Shown here piece after piece: positions 38,355 to 50,623 of a DNA stretch of 64,000 nucleotides. A program made the position numbers and the translations under genes. Source of the DNA: Octopus bimaculoides (taxonomy: Eukaryota); the NCBI RefSeq assembly GCF_001194135.2, contig NC_068990.1:89898416-89962415 (forward strand), written 5' to 3'. How positions within the stretch are numbered: the stretch's first letter is position 1; the number at the start of each line of letters is the position of its first letter. The notes below the pieces were generated by a model, which was not told the origin of the DNA, did not search any database, and was given only the letters and a program-made list of their open reading frames with translations.

Positions 38355-39650
38355 ATGTATATATATATTGATATTGATATACAAAATCAAATGCGCACAC
38401 ACAAAGTTGCTTCCTCCCCTACCATTTGGCAACTGGTTTTATCTTGTTTATATCCCCGTAACTCAACGGTTCGGTAAACGGAACCGATTGAATAAGATCT
38501 AAAAAAAAGTAAGTGTTGAAGGTCTATTTGTGCGAGTAAATCCCAAGGTGATACCCCAGCATGGCCGCAATCCAATAACTAAAACAAGTAAAGAGCAAAA
38601 GAATTAAACTGAAATGCGCAAGCTATCCCAGCAGTTAAAAGATGCAAAGTACGGAGGTTGATTGGAAAATATTCAAATATAGACGTGGATTTTCATACGT
38701 TATTTTTAGTAAATTTTGCAACACGTCATTGCAATCTGGGAAACTTAATCTTCACAGAAATAACTGAAGGAGAAACTATATTTTCTCATAAAAATATAGC
38801 TTCTATCGTTTCCATTGCATTATTTTCACAAAATTTAAATAACCATGATCCTAACAAGCTAAGGCTTCTGTTCCTACATTTGGGTCTCACAAATTAGATA
38901 TTACACATTTGATAATGTATGGGTGACCTTTTTCAAAAAGCGGACTGCATGAGACAAAATAAATTTCCTTAAGTGCGCCATTCAGAGCGTCCTGCTGGCC
39001 CCTGTTTGCCCATGGTTGCTGTAAGGGTTACAAGAAATTCACTCGGAACCATTCAATACGCCAGACACCTGTCTTTACTATTTCAGAAAACCGAGGTAAA
39101 CGTTATCGCCCCAGTTTTCTCTATCACCATCGCTAACGGCCCCTTATCGTATTATCAACAACGGATCCTTCTTCTATTGTGCCACCCTTTATTTCATTTT
39201 CTGGTAACGGTTCAGTTTTATTGATTTCACTTTTTTGTATTCAGATTTCTAATAAAATATTTTGCCTGTGTTTCAATGAAGAAAATATTTAAGATTTTGG
39301 TCGAGTTAATAAACTAATTAACTTTTGCAATTTTCAGGTTTGTTGTTGCTGTTTAGCCTAAGGTCATATCTAATCCAGTAGTCCCACGATGAAAGATGTT
39401 CTAATTTTTTTCATTTTTTACTTTTTATTTCATTTAGTTTTATTTTCACACATCAAGTCTATTAACCTGGAATTTGAAATAGAAGTTCACAAGAGATCCT
39501 TATACAAAAACATTAAGGATTTTAAATATAAATCTTTTAAAGCGCAGTGTTGAGTATCGGAGTTTCAAATGCATTGGTATGAAAGTTGTTAAAATTAGAA
39601 ACCACGTCGATAAAAAAAAGTTAAAAATATATAAGATAAATGAAACCAAT

Positions 39651-39971
39651 AAACTGTCTACAGTCTGTCTACCCTATGTGAAAGGCCTCTCCGAAAAGAT
39701 ACAAAAGATATGCGGCCCATATGACATCAGAGCAGTATTCAAGAGCAATACAACACTTCGCAAATATCTCCTTCGGGTAAAACCACCAACAGAAGAGAAT
39801 ATGACCAAAAACTGCGTGTACTCCATCCCATGCAGCTGTGGTAGGTTATACAAAGGCGAAGCATGTCGCCCCCTCAAAATAAGGGTAGAAGAACATCGCA
39901 AAGCTGTGACACGAGGAGATATTGATAAATCGGGTATAGCTGATCAGGTATGGAAAAATGGAAACCACCTC
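39651..39971 (+). mobile_element. Penelope-like retroelement, GIY-YIG endonuclease region; 3' repeat at about 40300-40465
   Basis: LPYVKGLSEKI...CVYSIPCSCGRLYKGEACRPLKIRVEEH...KSGIA is the PLE GIY-YIG signature; the ORF runs into an N gap. Confidence 0.88.
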
Positions 39972-40190
39972 NNNNNNNNNNNNNNNNNNNNNNNNNNNNN
40001 NNNNNNNNNNNNNNNNNNNNNNNNNNNNNNNNNNNNNNNNNNNNNNNNNNNNNNNNNNNNNNNNNNNNNNNNNNNNNNNNNNNNNNNNNNNNNNNNNNNN
40101 NNNNNNNNNNNNNNNNNNNNNNNNNNNNNNNNNNNNNNNNNNNNNNNNNNNNNNNNNNNNNNNNNNNNNNNNNNNNNNNATTCACCCCAT

Positions 40191-40260
40191 ATGGCGTAGT
40201 GGTTAAGAGCGCGGGCTACTAACCCCAAGGTTCCGAGTTCGATTCACGGCAGCGACCTGA
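40191..40260 (+). mobile_element. tRNA-derived SINE head (second copy at about 49630-49700)
   Basis: A box tggcgtagtggttaa and B box gagttcgattc with poor acceptor-stem pairing, followed by an (AAT)n tract. Confidence 0.65.
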
Positions 40261-40339
40261 TTAATAATAGTAATAATAATAATAATATAATAATAGTAAC
40301 ATCGTTAGGAATGAGAACCCAGGTTCGAAATTTCCGCAA

Positions 40340-40385
40340 GACACATGACGAAGGCTGGAGGGTATATCAGCCGAAACGTTGTGTT
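40340..40385 (+). ncRNA. Minimal hammerhead motif (C3>A, degenerate) in the Penelope terminal repeat
   Basis: gacac-ATGACGA-a-GGCTG-gagggtatat-CAGCC-GAAAC-GTT-gtgtt: stems I and II are paired and the AACGTT junction is palindromic. Confidence 0.55.
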
Positions 40386-41649
40386 AACAACAAAAAAGAT
40401 GAGGACAAATATCCGTCAAATGTAAATAATGTAAATAATTCCTCATCTCTTAAATATAGAACTGTATAAGATAAAAGAAATTTGAAATAACCTACATATT
40501 GTCGACCTAGTTTAAGAAAACCTGTTGATAAGGTTATAGATTAGAAAACTAAAGTGCAGAAAATATCAAAATATTAGGATGATATTTAATGTATCGTCGG
40601 ATATTTATCTCGGTAGAAGATACATTTACAACTTAATCCCAACATATCTTAATCCCTTGAAAAAAAAACACATACATACATACATACATACGTACATACA
40701 TACGTACATACATACATACATACATACATACGTACATACATACACAGGAAAGCTATAGACATAGCAAAACAGGGTGGCAGCAACATTACTAAAAGAGAAG
40801 TAAATAATAAAGATCTTCGAGGTTTACGTGAACTGAGAAAATGGCAGGAAAGAAAACCCATCTGCTCTCCGAATAAGAAACTTAAAATAAATTCTGATAT
40901 TGTATCGCTGGAATATTTTCAGTCCTGGCAGGTAGTCTCCCTGGTGCTGGTGAAATGGCAAAATGTAACAAGTCTAGGCTGTAAACTGGTTGGTGATATG
41001 AAGGGCACTCAGCCAATAAAACCAAGCTAAAATCTTGAGTCACATATGACATGAAAAAAACAAACAAAAAAATTAGTTGCTGTGCTACACCGATACCCAT
41101 AATGCCCAGTATTAACTAGGGACAGATGTGGGTTGTCAGGGTTTCAACACAACTAATTAGATTGGAAGAAATACAGTTTAGAATTGTGCCGTGTTGGCGA
41201 ATCAATGAGGTTCTATTTATAGTAAGACAGCTACATGAGTTCTTAGATAAGAGTAAACCACAATACCAAAACATTCATTAACCAAAAGAAAACCTTTGGC
41301 AGGGCACCACACTCTGTAGTCAGGTGGTCAAAAAAAAAATAACAGAAACACTTGAATGGCTTGTGGAAGCCTTGCAAGCCTTAAACAGAGATGCGTCCAG
41401 AAGAGGCTCTCTTGTTTATTATAGTTATCTAGGTCATAATAGAAGAGGTTAGGAGCAGATATTCGTAGCAACACCTGTATTCTGAGTACCTGGTTCCCAC
41501 AAGACATTTCAAACGTGTAAAAGAGCCTAAAATTGAGAAGCTTCAAAATAAACCTAGTGATGACAAACATTCTCTTTTGAGAGGGTCTAACTGTCAATAA
41601 AGCACATGCACTGGTTATGTTTCACTTCAATCTATTATTAATCAATTAG

Positions 41650-41865
41650 GTAATCGATCAATTGATTAATCAAGTCAATCAAAGTCCTTTATTTACAGCC
41701 CGTGACCTTATCAATGATTGTGTTTCTCAAGCATTCTCATCGGCACAAACAGTAAACATACAGTAAGTGCTGAAGAAAAACATGTTCTTGAGGAACATAT
41801 AGTCATTGGTAAGATCACAGACTGTCACGAAAGGACATTGACAGATTAAATGATTAATCAATCGT
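41650..41865. mobile_element. Old foldback MITE
   Basis: Imperfect inverted arms of about 80 bp (attgattaatca...gtccttt...gtgaccttatcaatga / tcattggtaagatcac...aaaggac...tgattaatcaat). Confidence 0.6.
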
Positions 41866-42560
41866 TCAATCGATTATATACTCATTCCACTGGTAATAAA
41901 ATGAGCGTTCACCATAATTGACATACTGGAAATTGTAATTGATATCAATAATTAAATTGTGTGGTGCACTGCAATATTGTGAATCGTTTCATTATGTAAT
42001 CCACACCCTCGAAAACGTATTTCTGCAAAATGTCATGAAAAAAAATATGCGTTTTAAAGAGAATCATCAAGAAATAGAATCTAGTGACAGGAAAAAGGGA
42101 TTCGAAAATTTTGTTTAAATAGTATTAACATAATCGTTCTCTTCGCCCTCAAAATCATATCTCTGCAATTTTTTTTATTAAGAAATATGCATTTTCCAGA
42201 AAGTTGTGAAAAAACTAAGCTTGGGCGGCGTGAGAGTACCAAACGATAAATATGCCAAAATGTGGCTGCTTGTTCTTATAGGTACCACCGCTAGACTAAT
42301 CTAGGGCAGGCCCTGTGCATGTGAAACTTCCCTATGCGAACTGGAAAGTTCTGCACTCTACTCTACCACCGTTAAGCAGATTACTGCAACTTCGGCTACA
42401 ATGACTAGATTTAGGATGAATTCTGGAGTGGTTTTCGTTGCCTTCTCCAGAACTAGTGGAATTTGAACTCGGAATAGAGAGAGCCGGAAGATTTGCAGTA
42501 AAATATCTCTGCGCACCAACGATTCTGCCATTCTCCCACTTGCAGGGCAACGTGAAATAG

Positions 42561-42594
<34 letters not shown>

Positions 42595-43040
42595 CAAGAA
42601 TACAACGGCTGCCTGGTGAAGGAACCCACGAGCTAGTGATCGTGAATGAAACACCCCTAACCACAAGGCCACGCGCCTTCACCATAGAGGGACTCCATTA
42701 ACTAATACTGTAGCATTTCCACTTGATTAACTTTACAAAATATATATCGTATTTGATGGCATATAAGATATACTCCTTTCCAAAAAAATGTGTACAAACA
42801 GAAACATCAACCCTAGTCCTATATCAGAATTTGGGCTTCCCATAAATTTGAATGCACGAAAACCTTTTCCTGAATATGTGCCGCTGAAATTCGTGTATTC
42901 GTGTGCATCTGATATGTCTGTGGGTCTTTTATGCCATCAAATACGGGTATACAGATGAATGAATGAATGAATCAATCAATGAATTTAACTGTGACGCATT
43001 TGTCAACAACCTGTGTCTGAAGCAGTGTGTTCCTCAAGTC

Positions 43041-43079
43041 AGTTACTTCCGTCAATAGCTAAGCAAAGGGGAAGTAACT
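43041..43079 (+). promoter_or_regulatory. Putative CCM2 promoter element: inverted pair of ETS-like GGAA sites
   Basis: agttacttcc (43041-43050) and ggaagtaact (43070-43079) form a perfect 10-bp inverted repeat about 170 bp upstream of the putative ATG. Confidence 0.35.
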
Positions 43080-43245
43080 CGCAATTGTTTTACAACTTGG
43101 TTGAAAGTTTGGGAAAGTTTGGAAGTTGTTTTCGTTTGGAAGCGTTAAATAATCTGTGACGGCCAAGTTGGAGGAATTGTGCTGCAGTAGTAGTTGTATA
43201 GCAGAGTTTGATGATATCATTCCAAATTATGGCCTATATTATCTG

Positions 43246-43272
43246 ATGGAAGAAGACAATAGCGATAAAACG
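43246..43272 (+). CDS. CCM2: CCM2 putative first coding exon MEEDNSDKT
   Basis: Resembles the short vertebrate first exon (MEEEGKKGKK); phase 0 donor ACG|GTACAT is compatible with the next exon; the donor is moderate. Confidence 0.55.
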
Positions 43273-45258
43273 GTACATATTTCCTTATATAAACTTGTGA
43301 ATTCGCAAACTTTCCCATTCACCTCTCTCTCTCTCTTTCTCGCTTTCTTTCTCTTTTCCTGTTTTTTAAATATTTATAGTTGTTTGGCCTCACGTTACTC
43401 TTGTTGAAGTATACCCATTGTTAAAGGCATTCCAGCCTTCATCATCTTAAAACAACATTATCTAATGTAAGCTACCACTTTTAAGATGGTAGTGCGTTAT
43501 TTGGTAGAGATTTAGCTGCCATTTCTAGCAGTTGAATCGATCACAGAGCTTTTTTATTTCCCCGTTGTGTATGTTTATGTGTTGGTTATTTTTATTGTGC
43601 ATAGAGTAGTAAAGTTTATGCCTAGTCCGCCTGAAAAAAAAAACGACAAAAATAAAAACAACTGTTCAGCTATCAACTAACTGATCGTGTAGGCTTATAA
43701 TCCAAGACCTTCCGGCCTTGACCTACCAGGTTTTTATTCAGACTGCGAACATCTAGGGTTACATTATCCATTATCTATTTCCTTTTAAAGAAGGGAGAGG
43801 TGTAGATTTGGTTGCTATTTCTAGCTTGTTATGTAGGATATAGTTTTTTAGCTGTAGATCAGGTAAACTTCATCCAACAGATGAAAGGTTTTGCTGTCCA
43901 TGGTCATCTTGTTAGGACTACATTATACTAGTGTTTAGGCCTATAGTTGTTATGTATATTATTATCATCGTTGTTGTCCTAGTTTTCTTCTTTCCTACTT
44001 TATACGTATTTGCCTGAACGAAAAGAACCACGCCTTATTACGAAACAATAAACCAGATACACATTTGTAAATACCAAACGTAAACAGACAGACACACAAT
44101 AACAAACTCCATTTTGTTTTTGTTGCCCGATTTGCGCAAGTTTTCGAAAGAAAACTTTATATATATTTAGTGGGAGTTATGTTGTTATTCAAAACTGTCC
44201 CATTAGGTCCTTTTCGTAGGTTTCCGTAAGGAGCCTGCAAAAGGGGCTGAATCAGACTATTTTAAATAATAATAATAATAATAATAATAATAATCTTTTC
44301 TAGTATAGGTACAAGGCCTGGATTTTGTGATCTGGCAGAGTTTCTACAGCTGGATGCCCTTCCTAACGCCAACCACTCCGAGAGTGTAGTGGGTGCTTTT
44401 ACGTGCCACTGGCACGAGGGCCAAGTCACACGGTACTGGCAACGGCCACGCTCAAAATGGTGTTTTTTAATGTGCCACCTGCACGAGAGCCAGTTCAGCG
44501 GCACTGGCAACGACCTCGCTCGAATAATTTTCTAACGTGCCACCAGCACAAGTGCCAGTAAGGCGACGCTGGTAACGATCACGCTCAAATGGGGCTATTT
44601 ACAGGCCACTAGCACGGAAGCCAGACAGCTGCTCTGGCAGTAATTTTTATCCTCCCTCAAAATTCAGTGGTTTTGTCAGGAATCGTAATTAAGCAGAAAG
44701 GCCATGTGGTTAGGAACTATATAGCCCATTTGGCCAACCCAGATACATTACTGGTATGTATATCATCAATAAAAGCAGGGTGTATGCTGGACATAGGAGT
44801 TGAGCAGTGGACAATACAATGAGTGTCAGAAGTTTACTTTGGGAGAATTTAGTTAAATGCTTCTGTTAGCAGCATTTTCATTTTGCTCAAAAGCAGCCTC
44901 CTGAAGGGAAGCATGAACATCACACATTCTTATTTTTCATCTGTTATAATTCTGTGATCTTTTGACTGTATCAGAAGTGTTGTTTAGTTCCATGTCAGCT
45001 CTAATCCAGCTGACTGATGATCAAAGATGCTCCAGCTGGGAACATCCCGCCTTTCCCTAAGAAAATAGTGTATCTAGGACTACGTTATTCAGTGTACACT
45101 TATTTTTACAAGAAATTTCTAAGAAATTTGGTTGTTATTTCTAGCAGGTTGAACGGCCATACAGAGGCTTTTTCTTACTTTTTGACTGGAAAAATGTCTT
45201 ACTGTTTCTATAAAACCATTCCGTTGTACCATTTTAATATTGTCTTTTACTGTTTCAG

Positions 45259-45396
45259 AACCCTTATCGAAGTTCTCGTGATTCAGATATGTATGACAGG
45301 CTTGATTCTAGGGAAGGTGCCAAGCACATGTCACAGCCTGACTATAGCGTCAACCCTCAGACATTATTGGAAAACTATGTGGAGAAGAAAGTTCGT
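45259..45396 (+). CDS. CCM2: CCM2 exon NPYRSSRDSDMY...VNPQTLLENYVEKKVR
   Basis: Matches V.P..LL.DY.EK.VK; tttcag acceptor, GTAAGT donor; 138 nt, phase 0-0. Confidence 0.88.
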
Positions 45397-46693
45397 GTAA
45401 GTTGAATGTACATTTTATCTTGTCTATAGAACATAATGAATACCACCATCACCAGTAGGGATCAAGAATTCAGCTCTCTGTGAACTAAATCTGGCATTTG
45501 GGTTTCATGTTTGAAGTTAACACAGGAGTAGCTGTGTGGTAAGTAGTTTGCTTACCAACCACATGGTTCCTGGCTCTTCACCTTGAAGATTTTTCCCACC
45601 AGTCTCTGCAGTTCACTCACTTTAACTGAGTGAGGCTACAGTAGAGAGGAAGGCAGCTTTATGCTAATGGATGTGAGGTTTAAGTATGAAAGGAAGGGTC
45701 AGGACTGAACAGGTTTCTTGCTGTAAACAAGCTACATGACCACCTGATAATGCTAATTGCTTTGCAGATGATACTTCTTGTCATTCCTCTCTAATATACT
45801 ACAACGAAGCTCAGGTGAATCCCACAGTGGAATTCTCCTCCTGTATCTGAGATAATGCTTGCTATTCCTTACATTCATATGTCTTGGACCACAGTCAAAG
45901 AAAGCCTATTAAACTCACAGACATGCTCCAGACATACAAGGCGGCGAGCTGGCAGAATCGGTAGCACGCCGGGTGAAATGCTTAGCGGTATTTCGTCTGT
46001 CTTTACATTCTGAGTTCAAATTCTGCCGAGGTCGACTTTGCCTTTCATCCTTTCGAGGTTGATAAATTAAGTGCCAGTTACGCACTGGGGTTGATCTAAT
46101 CGACTTAATCCGTTTGTCTGCCCTTGTTTGTCCCCTCTATGTGTAGCCCCTTGTGGGCAGTAAAGAAATAAGACATACTCCAGCTTCTGCTCCACAGATG
46201 AATTGTCTTCTCTCTCTACTTTTACTTCTGTAACTGCAATGGCCACTGCTCCTTGGAGCTGACTGACCCCGTGCCACCTCCACTTATCCAGATCCTTCCA
46301 CTTTGCATGTCTCCTTTCATCACCCATATTTTGTCCGTCTACCAAGCCCCAAACTAACCATTATGCTCAGTGCTGCCTTATTCTCATAATATTCATCCTC
46401 TGGAATTCCCTCCCTGCACATATTATTACTCCATTGTTGAATTGGAACTGCTCAAAGAGGGAGTCCTAATGGCCTCAATGTCACCAGTCCTAGGGGCCAA
46501 TAAAAAACCGTGGGACACACATTACTTTCCACCAAATCAAACAAATAAAAAAGAAATTGAAGTAGATCGTGTGAATAAAATGCCTGATGCTATTTGCATG
46601 GTTTGCCGTGTGAATATTGCAGCATCATCTGTGGTCAGAAGATGACGATTGCCTGGATTTTCATCCAACTCACTTTACTTTCACTTTCTACAG

Positions 46694-46774
46694 TTTGCTG
46701 GAGTGATTCCAGATGTGCAGATTGATGATGTCACAAACAGAACAGATGTATTACGCATTATTGATGAAGGCAAG
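46694..46774 (+). CDS. CCM2: CCM2 PTB exon FAGVIPDVQIDDVTNRTDVLRIIDEGK
   Basis: Homologous to [28 protein letters not shown]; canonical sites. Confidence 0.92.
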
Positions 46775-47459
46775 GTAAGCTATTAAATGTTCACTGTTGC
46801 TATTTCAGCTGTTAATGCTGATTGTTGCTATTTTTTAATTGTTTCATGAATAAAACAATACAAAGCTATTGATTCAGGCATCATAAAATGTTAGTGTGTT
46901 CATCTTTTAACATAATAGGAATGTCATACGAGGTAATTTGGATGTTATTTCTAGCAGTTGGCATCAGCCATGACTATGATTTCACTTGACTCAACAGGTC
47001 TTCTCAAGCATAGCATATTGAACCGGCCTGTTTAAAAGCACCCTTCAATTGTTAGGCAATCTGCTCTGCTTGAGAAGACCTGTTGAGTCAAGCAAAATTG
47101 TAGTCATGGCTGATGCTTGTGCCGCCCGACTGACACGTAAAAAGCATCATTCAAGCGTGATCGATGCTAGTGCCATCTGACTGGGCCCCATGCTGGTGAT
47201 ACTTAAAAAGCACCCACTACACTCTTGGAGTGGTTGGCGTTAGGAAGAGCATCCAGCTCATCAAAATTTCATGTTGTTGTATATAGGCGCAGGAGTGGCT
47301 GTGTGGTAAGCAGCTTGCTTACCAACCACATGGTTCCAGGTTCAGTCCCACTGTGTGGCACCTTGGGTAAGTGTCTTCTACTATAGCCTCAGGCTGACCA
47401 AAGCCTTGTGAGTGGATTTGGTAGACGGAAACTGAGAGAAGCCCGTCGTATATATGTGT

Positions 47460-47645
47460 GTGTTTCACTGCCATGAAGCATGGCAGTTTGCACACATACA
47501 TCATACAATCTACCTTTCACCCTGAGCAAGGGGCCCTTTGTCACCAGTAGGGGTAGAAGCTTTCTGAACTTTGCCCAGGCTATTCTTATTCTAGTGGTAA
47601 CACTCTTTGAGCATCCACCCACCACTATAGACTTGCTCATACGAT
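47460..47645 (-). mobile_element. RTE-like LINE reverse-transcriptase C-terminal fragment
   Basis: GGCSKSVTTRIRIAWAKFRKLLPLL...RVKGRLYDVCVQTAMLHGSET. Confidence 0.8.
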
Positions 47646-47763
47646 GTCTTTGATGGGAGAGTCCACCACCACCATCGTCATCGTCATCATTATTTATGTT
47701 TTTGTTTTATGTTTTTGTTCTTTCATTACACTGTTACTTTCACGTTCTTCCAACATTTTCCAG

Positions 47764-47856
47764 AAACAAGGCAGAGTCCATCATCGGACAACGGATAAGG
47801 AGCATGGCACTTGCTTCACACTCAATGTCCACAACATAAAACTGACCTGCAAAGAT
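47764..47856 (+). CDS. CCM2: CCM2 PTB exon KQGRVHHRTTDKEHGTCFTLNVHNIKLTCKD
   Basis: Aligns with [30 protein letters not shown]; ttttccag acceptor, GTAAGC donor. Confidence 0.88.
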
Positions 47857-48922
47857 GTAAGCAGACAACTATTTCTTCTGTAGCACATGATGATACTGCC
47901 GACATATTTACTGTCTCTCCCAGTCTGTCTGTCTGTCTGTCTCTGTCTGTCAGTCTGTCTCTGTCTGTCTGTCTGTCTCTGTCTGTCTGTCTGTCTCTGT
48001 CTGTCAGTCTGTCTCTCTCTCTCTCAGTCCTCTGCTTTTCTCTTTTTCATCACTGTCCTACCCCTCAGGTCATATTCTCTCACTTTCTCCCTCCCTCTCC
48101 TTCATCTCCTACCACTACTACTCTCCTCTTTCTCTCCTTCACTCCTACACAAAATCAAAAAGGGGAGAGAGAGAGAAGTACCTGACCAACGTGGACGTGT
48201 GCCATCTCAGACCACTCTGTCACNNNNNNNNNNNNNNNNNNNNNNNNNNNNNNNNNNNNNNNNNNNNNNNNNNNNNNNNNNNNNNNNNNNNNNNNNNNNN
48301 NNNNNNNNNNNNNNNNNNNNNNNNNNNNNNNNNNNNNNNNNNNNNNNNNNNNNNNNNNNNNNNNNNNNNNNNNNNNNNNNNNNNNNNNNNNNNNNNNNNN
48401 NNNNNNNNNNNNNNNNNNNNNNNNNNNNNNNNNNNNNNNNNNNNNNNNNNNNNNNNNNNNNNNNNNNNNNNNNNNNNNNNNNNNNNNNNNNNNNNNNNNN
48501 NNNNNNNNNNNNNNNNNNNNNNNNNNNNNNNNNNNNNNNNNNNNNNNNNNNNNNNNNNNNNNNNNNNNNNNNNNNNNNNNNNNNNNNNNNNNNNNNNNNN
48601 NNNNNNNNNNNNNNNNNNNNNNNNNNNNNNNNNNNNNNNNNNNNNNNNNNNNNNNNNNNNNNNNNNNNNNNNNNNNNNNNNNNNNNNNNNNNNNNNNNNN
48701 NNNNNNNNNNNNNNNNNNNNNNNNNNNNNNNNNNNNNNNNNNNNNNNNNNNNNNNNNNNNNNNNNNNNNNNNNNNNNNNNNNNNNNNNNNNNNNNNNNNN
48801 NNNNNNNNNNNNNNNNNNNNNNNNNNNNNNNNNNNNNNNNNNNNNNNNNNNNNNNNNNGTGCTCCAGCATGGCCGCAGTCAAATGACAAACAAGTAAAAG
48901 AGTAAAGAGTAACAATACTTTG

Positions 48923-49175
48923 GAGTAAAGATTGTTGGCCAACATAAAATGGCAGTCCTGGTTTAGGACGAATGTTGCTGTAATTTAGCCCCAGGAGACA
49001 TCATCTCCAGCTGGCTATACGACTGAGTTGGGGTGCTAGATTCCCTTATTCGAAAATATAAGGACACAATTCATGTCGTATAGCCAGCTGGAGATGATGT
49101 CTCCTGGGGCTAAATTACAGCAACGTTCGTCCTAAACCAGGACTGCCATGTTATGTTGGCAAACAATCTTTACTC
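48923..49175. mobile_element. Young foldback element in a CCM2 intron
   Basis: Arms of about 101 bp (48923-49023 and 49075-49175) differ at only 3 positions. Confidence 0.9.
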
Positions 49176-49333
49176 TCCTTTGTTGTCTGTTACGTTATTA
49201 ACTCCGTCATGAGTTCATATACTCCCTACCTCCCTAGTATAATTAACACTTCCTTAGTACTCCTGCTTTTCCTTCTTATTTTCTACTCATTCATTCATGT
49301 TATTAATTTCATCTCTCGTTCATTTGTTAACAG

Positions 49334-49380
49334 GAGTTCCAGAGAAATGTAACTTGGCCGTACTTTATGTTGAAGACAAG
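49334..49380 (+). CDS. CCM2: CCM2 PTB exon (G)VPEKCNLAVLYVEDK
   Basis: Aligns with PVEACCLVILAAESK; starts in phase 1, AAG|GTAAAT donor. Confidence 0.85.
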
Positions 49381-50487
49381 GTAAATTATGAATTCATTGC
49401 TAAGATTTCCAATGTAGTGATAGCAAACACTATAGACATCAATTTGAGATTAGAAATAAAAGAGAAACAGACCAATTGGAAGAGCTGTGACCATGTATTT
49501 ACCAATTCCTAGGAAACGGCACTACAGAGCAAAGGCAAACATTCCATCTTAAATTAGATGTCATAAATTGTCTCTGTTATATCAGCTCAGCTTAGTTAAT
49601 CCTGTAGAAATAAAACAGTATATGGGCATATAGCGTAGTGGTTAAGAGCATGGGCTACTAACCCCAAGATTCCGAGTTTGATTCCAAGCAGTGACCTGAA
49701 CAACAACAACTACGTTCATCGTTTAATGTCCGCTTTCCATGCTAGTATGGGTTGGACGATTTGACTGAGTACCGCCTGACTGGCCCTCGTATCGGTGGTA
49801 CGTAAAAGCATCCACTACACTCTCGGAGTGGTTGGCATTAGGAAGGGCATCCAGCTGTAGAAACTCTGCCAAATCAGATTGGAACCTGGTGTCGCCTCCT
49901 GGTTTGCCAGTCCTCAGTCAAATCGTCCAACCCATGCTAGCATGGAAAGCGGACGTTAAATGATGATGATGATATATGTATATGTATATATATGTGTGTA
50001 TGTGTATATATATATACATGAAATTTTGAATATAGTTCACAGACCCCCAGTACTAACTTTGCAGACCTCAGGTTGAGAACTGATGGTTTGTGGTTGAGTG
50101 GTTAGCATGTTGCATTTATCACTGGAGGATCATGGGTTCAATTCTTGGAGCAGGTGGTGCACTGTGACCATTGGAAATACAATTTGTTTTTTACTTGGCC
50201 CCTGACCCTGAAAATGAGTTGGGTCTGCTGAAGAATGACACCTCACAGTCTATTAACCCTCAAATCTTACAAATGCAAGGCGTGATTGTCCTTGATAGTC
50301 ATGGCACCCTGGGGGAAAAATGTTTTGCATCATACATAGTCTGAGGTACTCTACCTGGGTAATTGTATGGTGTGATTTATCTAAGGTATTTATGCCTAGT
50401 CAACTATTCTGTACACAAGTATAGTTTGGTAATTAATTTTCTTTCATTTTTAATATATTTAAAAATTTTTCTAATTGTTCATTGAAG

Positions 50488-50623
50488 ATGCAAGCTGAAG
50501 AAATTTGTGCGTTGGTCGACCAATGTTTCCAGCTTGTTTATGCCGATGTAGCCATTCAGTTCATCAACATCAACTTAAATGGTGCTTTCGGAACATCAGT
50601 GCCTTCTTCAAACACACAGAGTG
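50488..50623 (+). CDS. CCM2: CCM2 exon MQAEEICALVDQCFQLVYADVAIQFININLNGAF...NTQS
   Basis: PTB C-terminal helix AEE.C.L..Q.FQ.VY; 136 nt, phases 0/1, GTAAGT donor. Confidence 0.95.

Noticed and set aside
40191-40260. tRNA gene call
   Set aside because: The acceptor stem does not pair, it has an AAT tail, and a diverged copy exists at about 49630; it is a SINE head.
40748-41030. 94-codon ATG-less open frame (KAIDIAKQGG...LEYFQSWQ)
   Set aside because: Acceptor lies in a microsatellite, donor is weak, phase does not fit neighbouring exons, and the length is attainable by chance.
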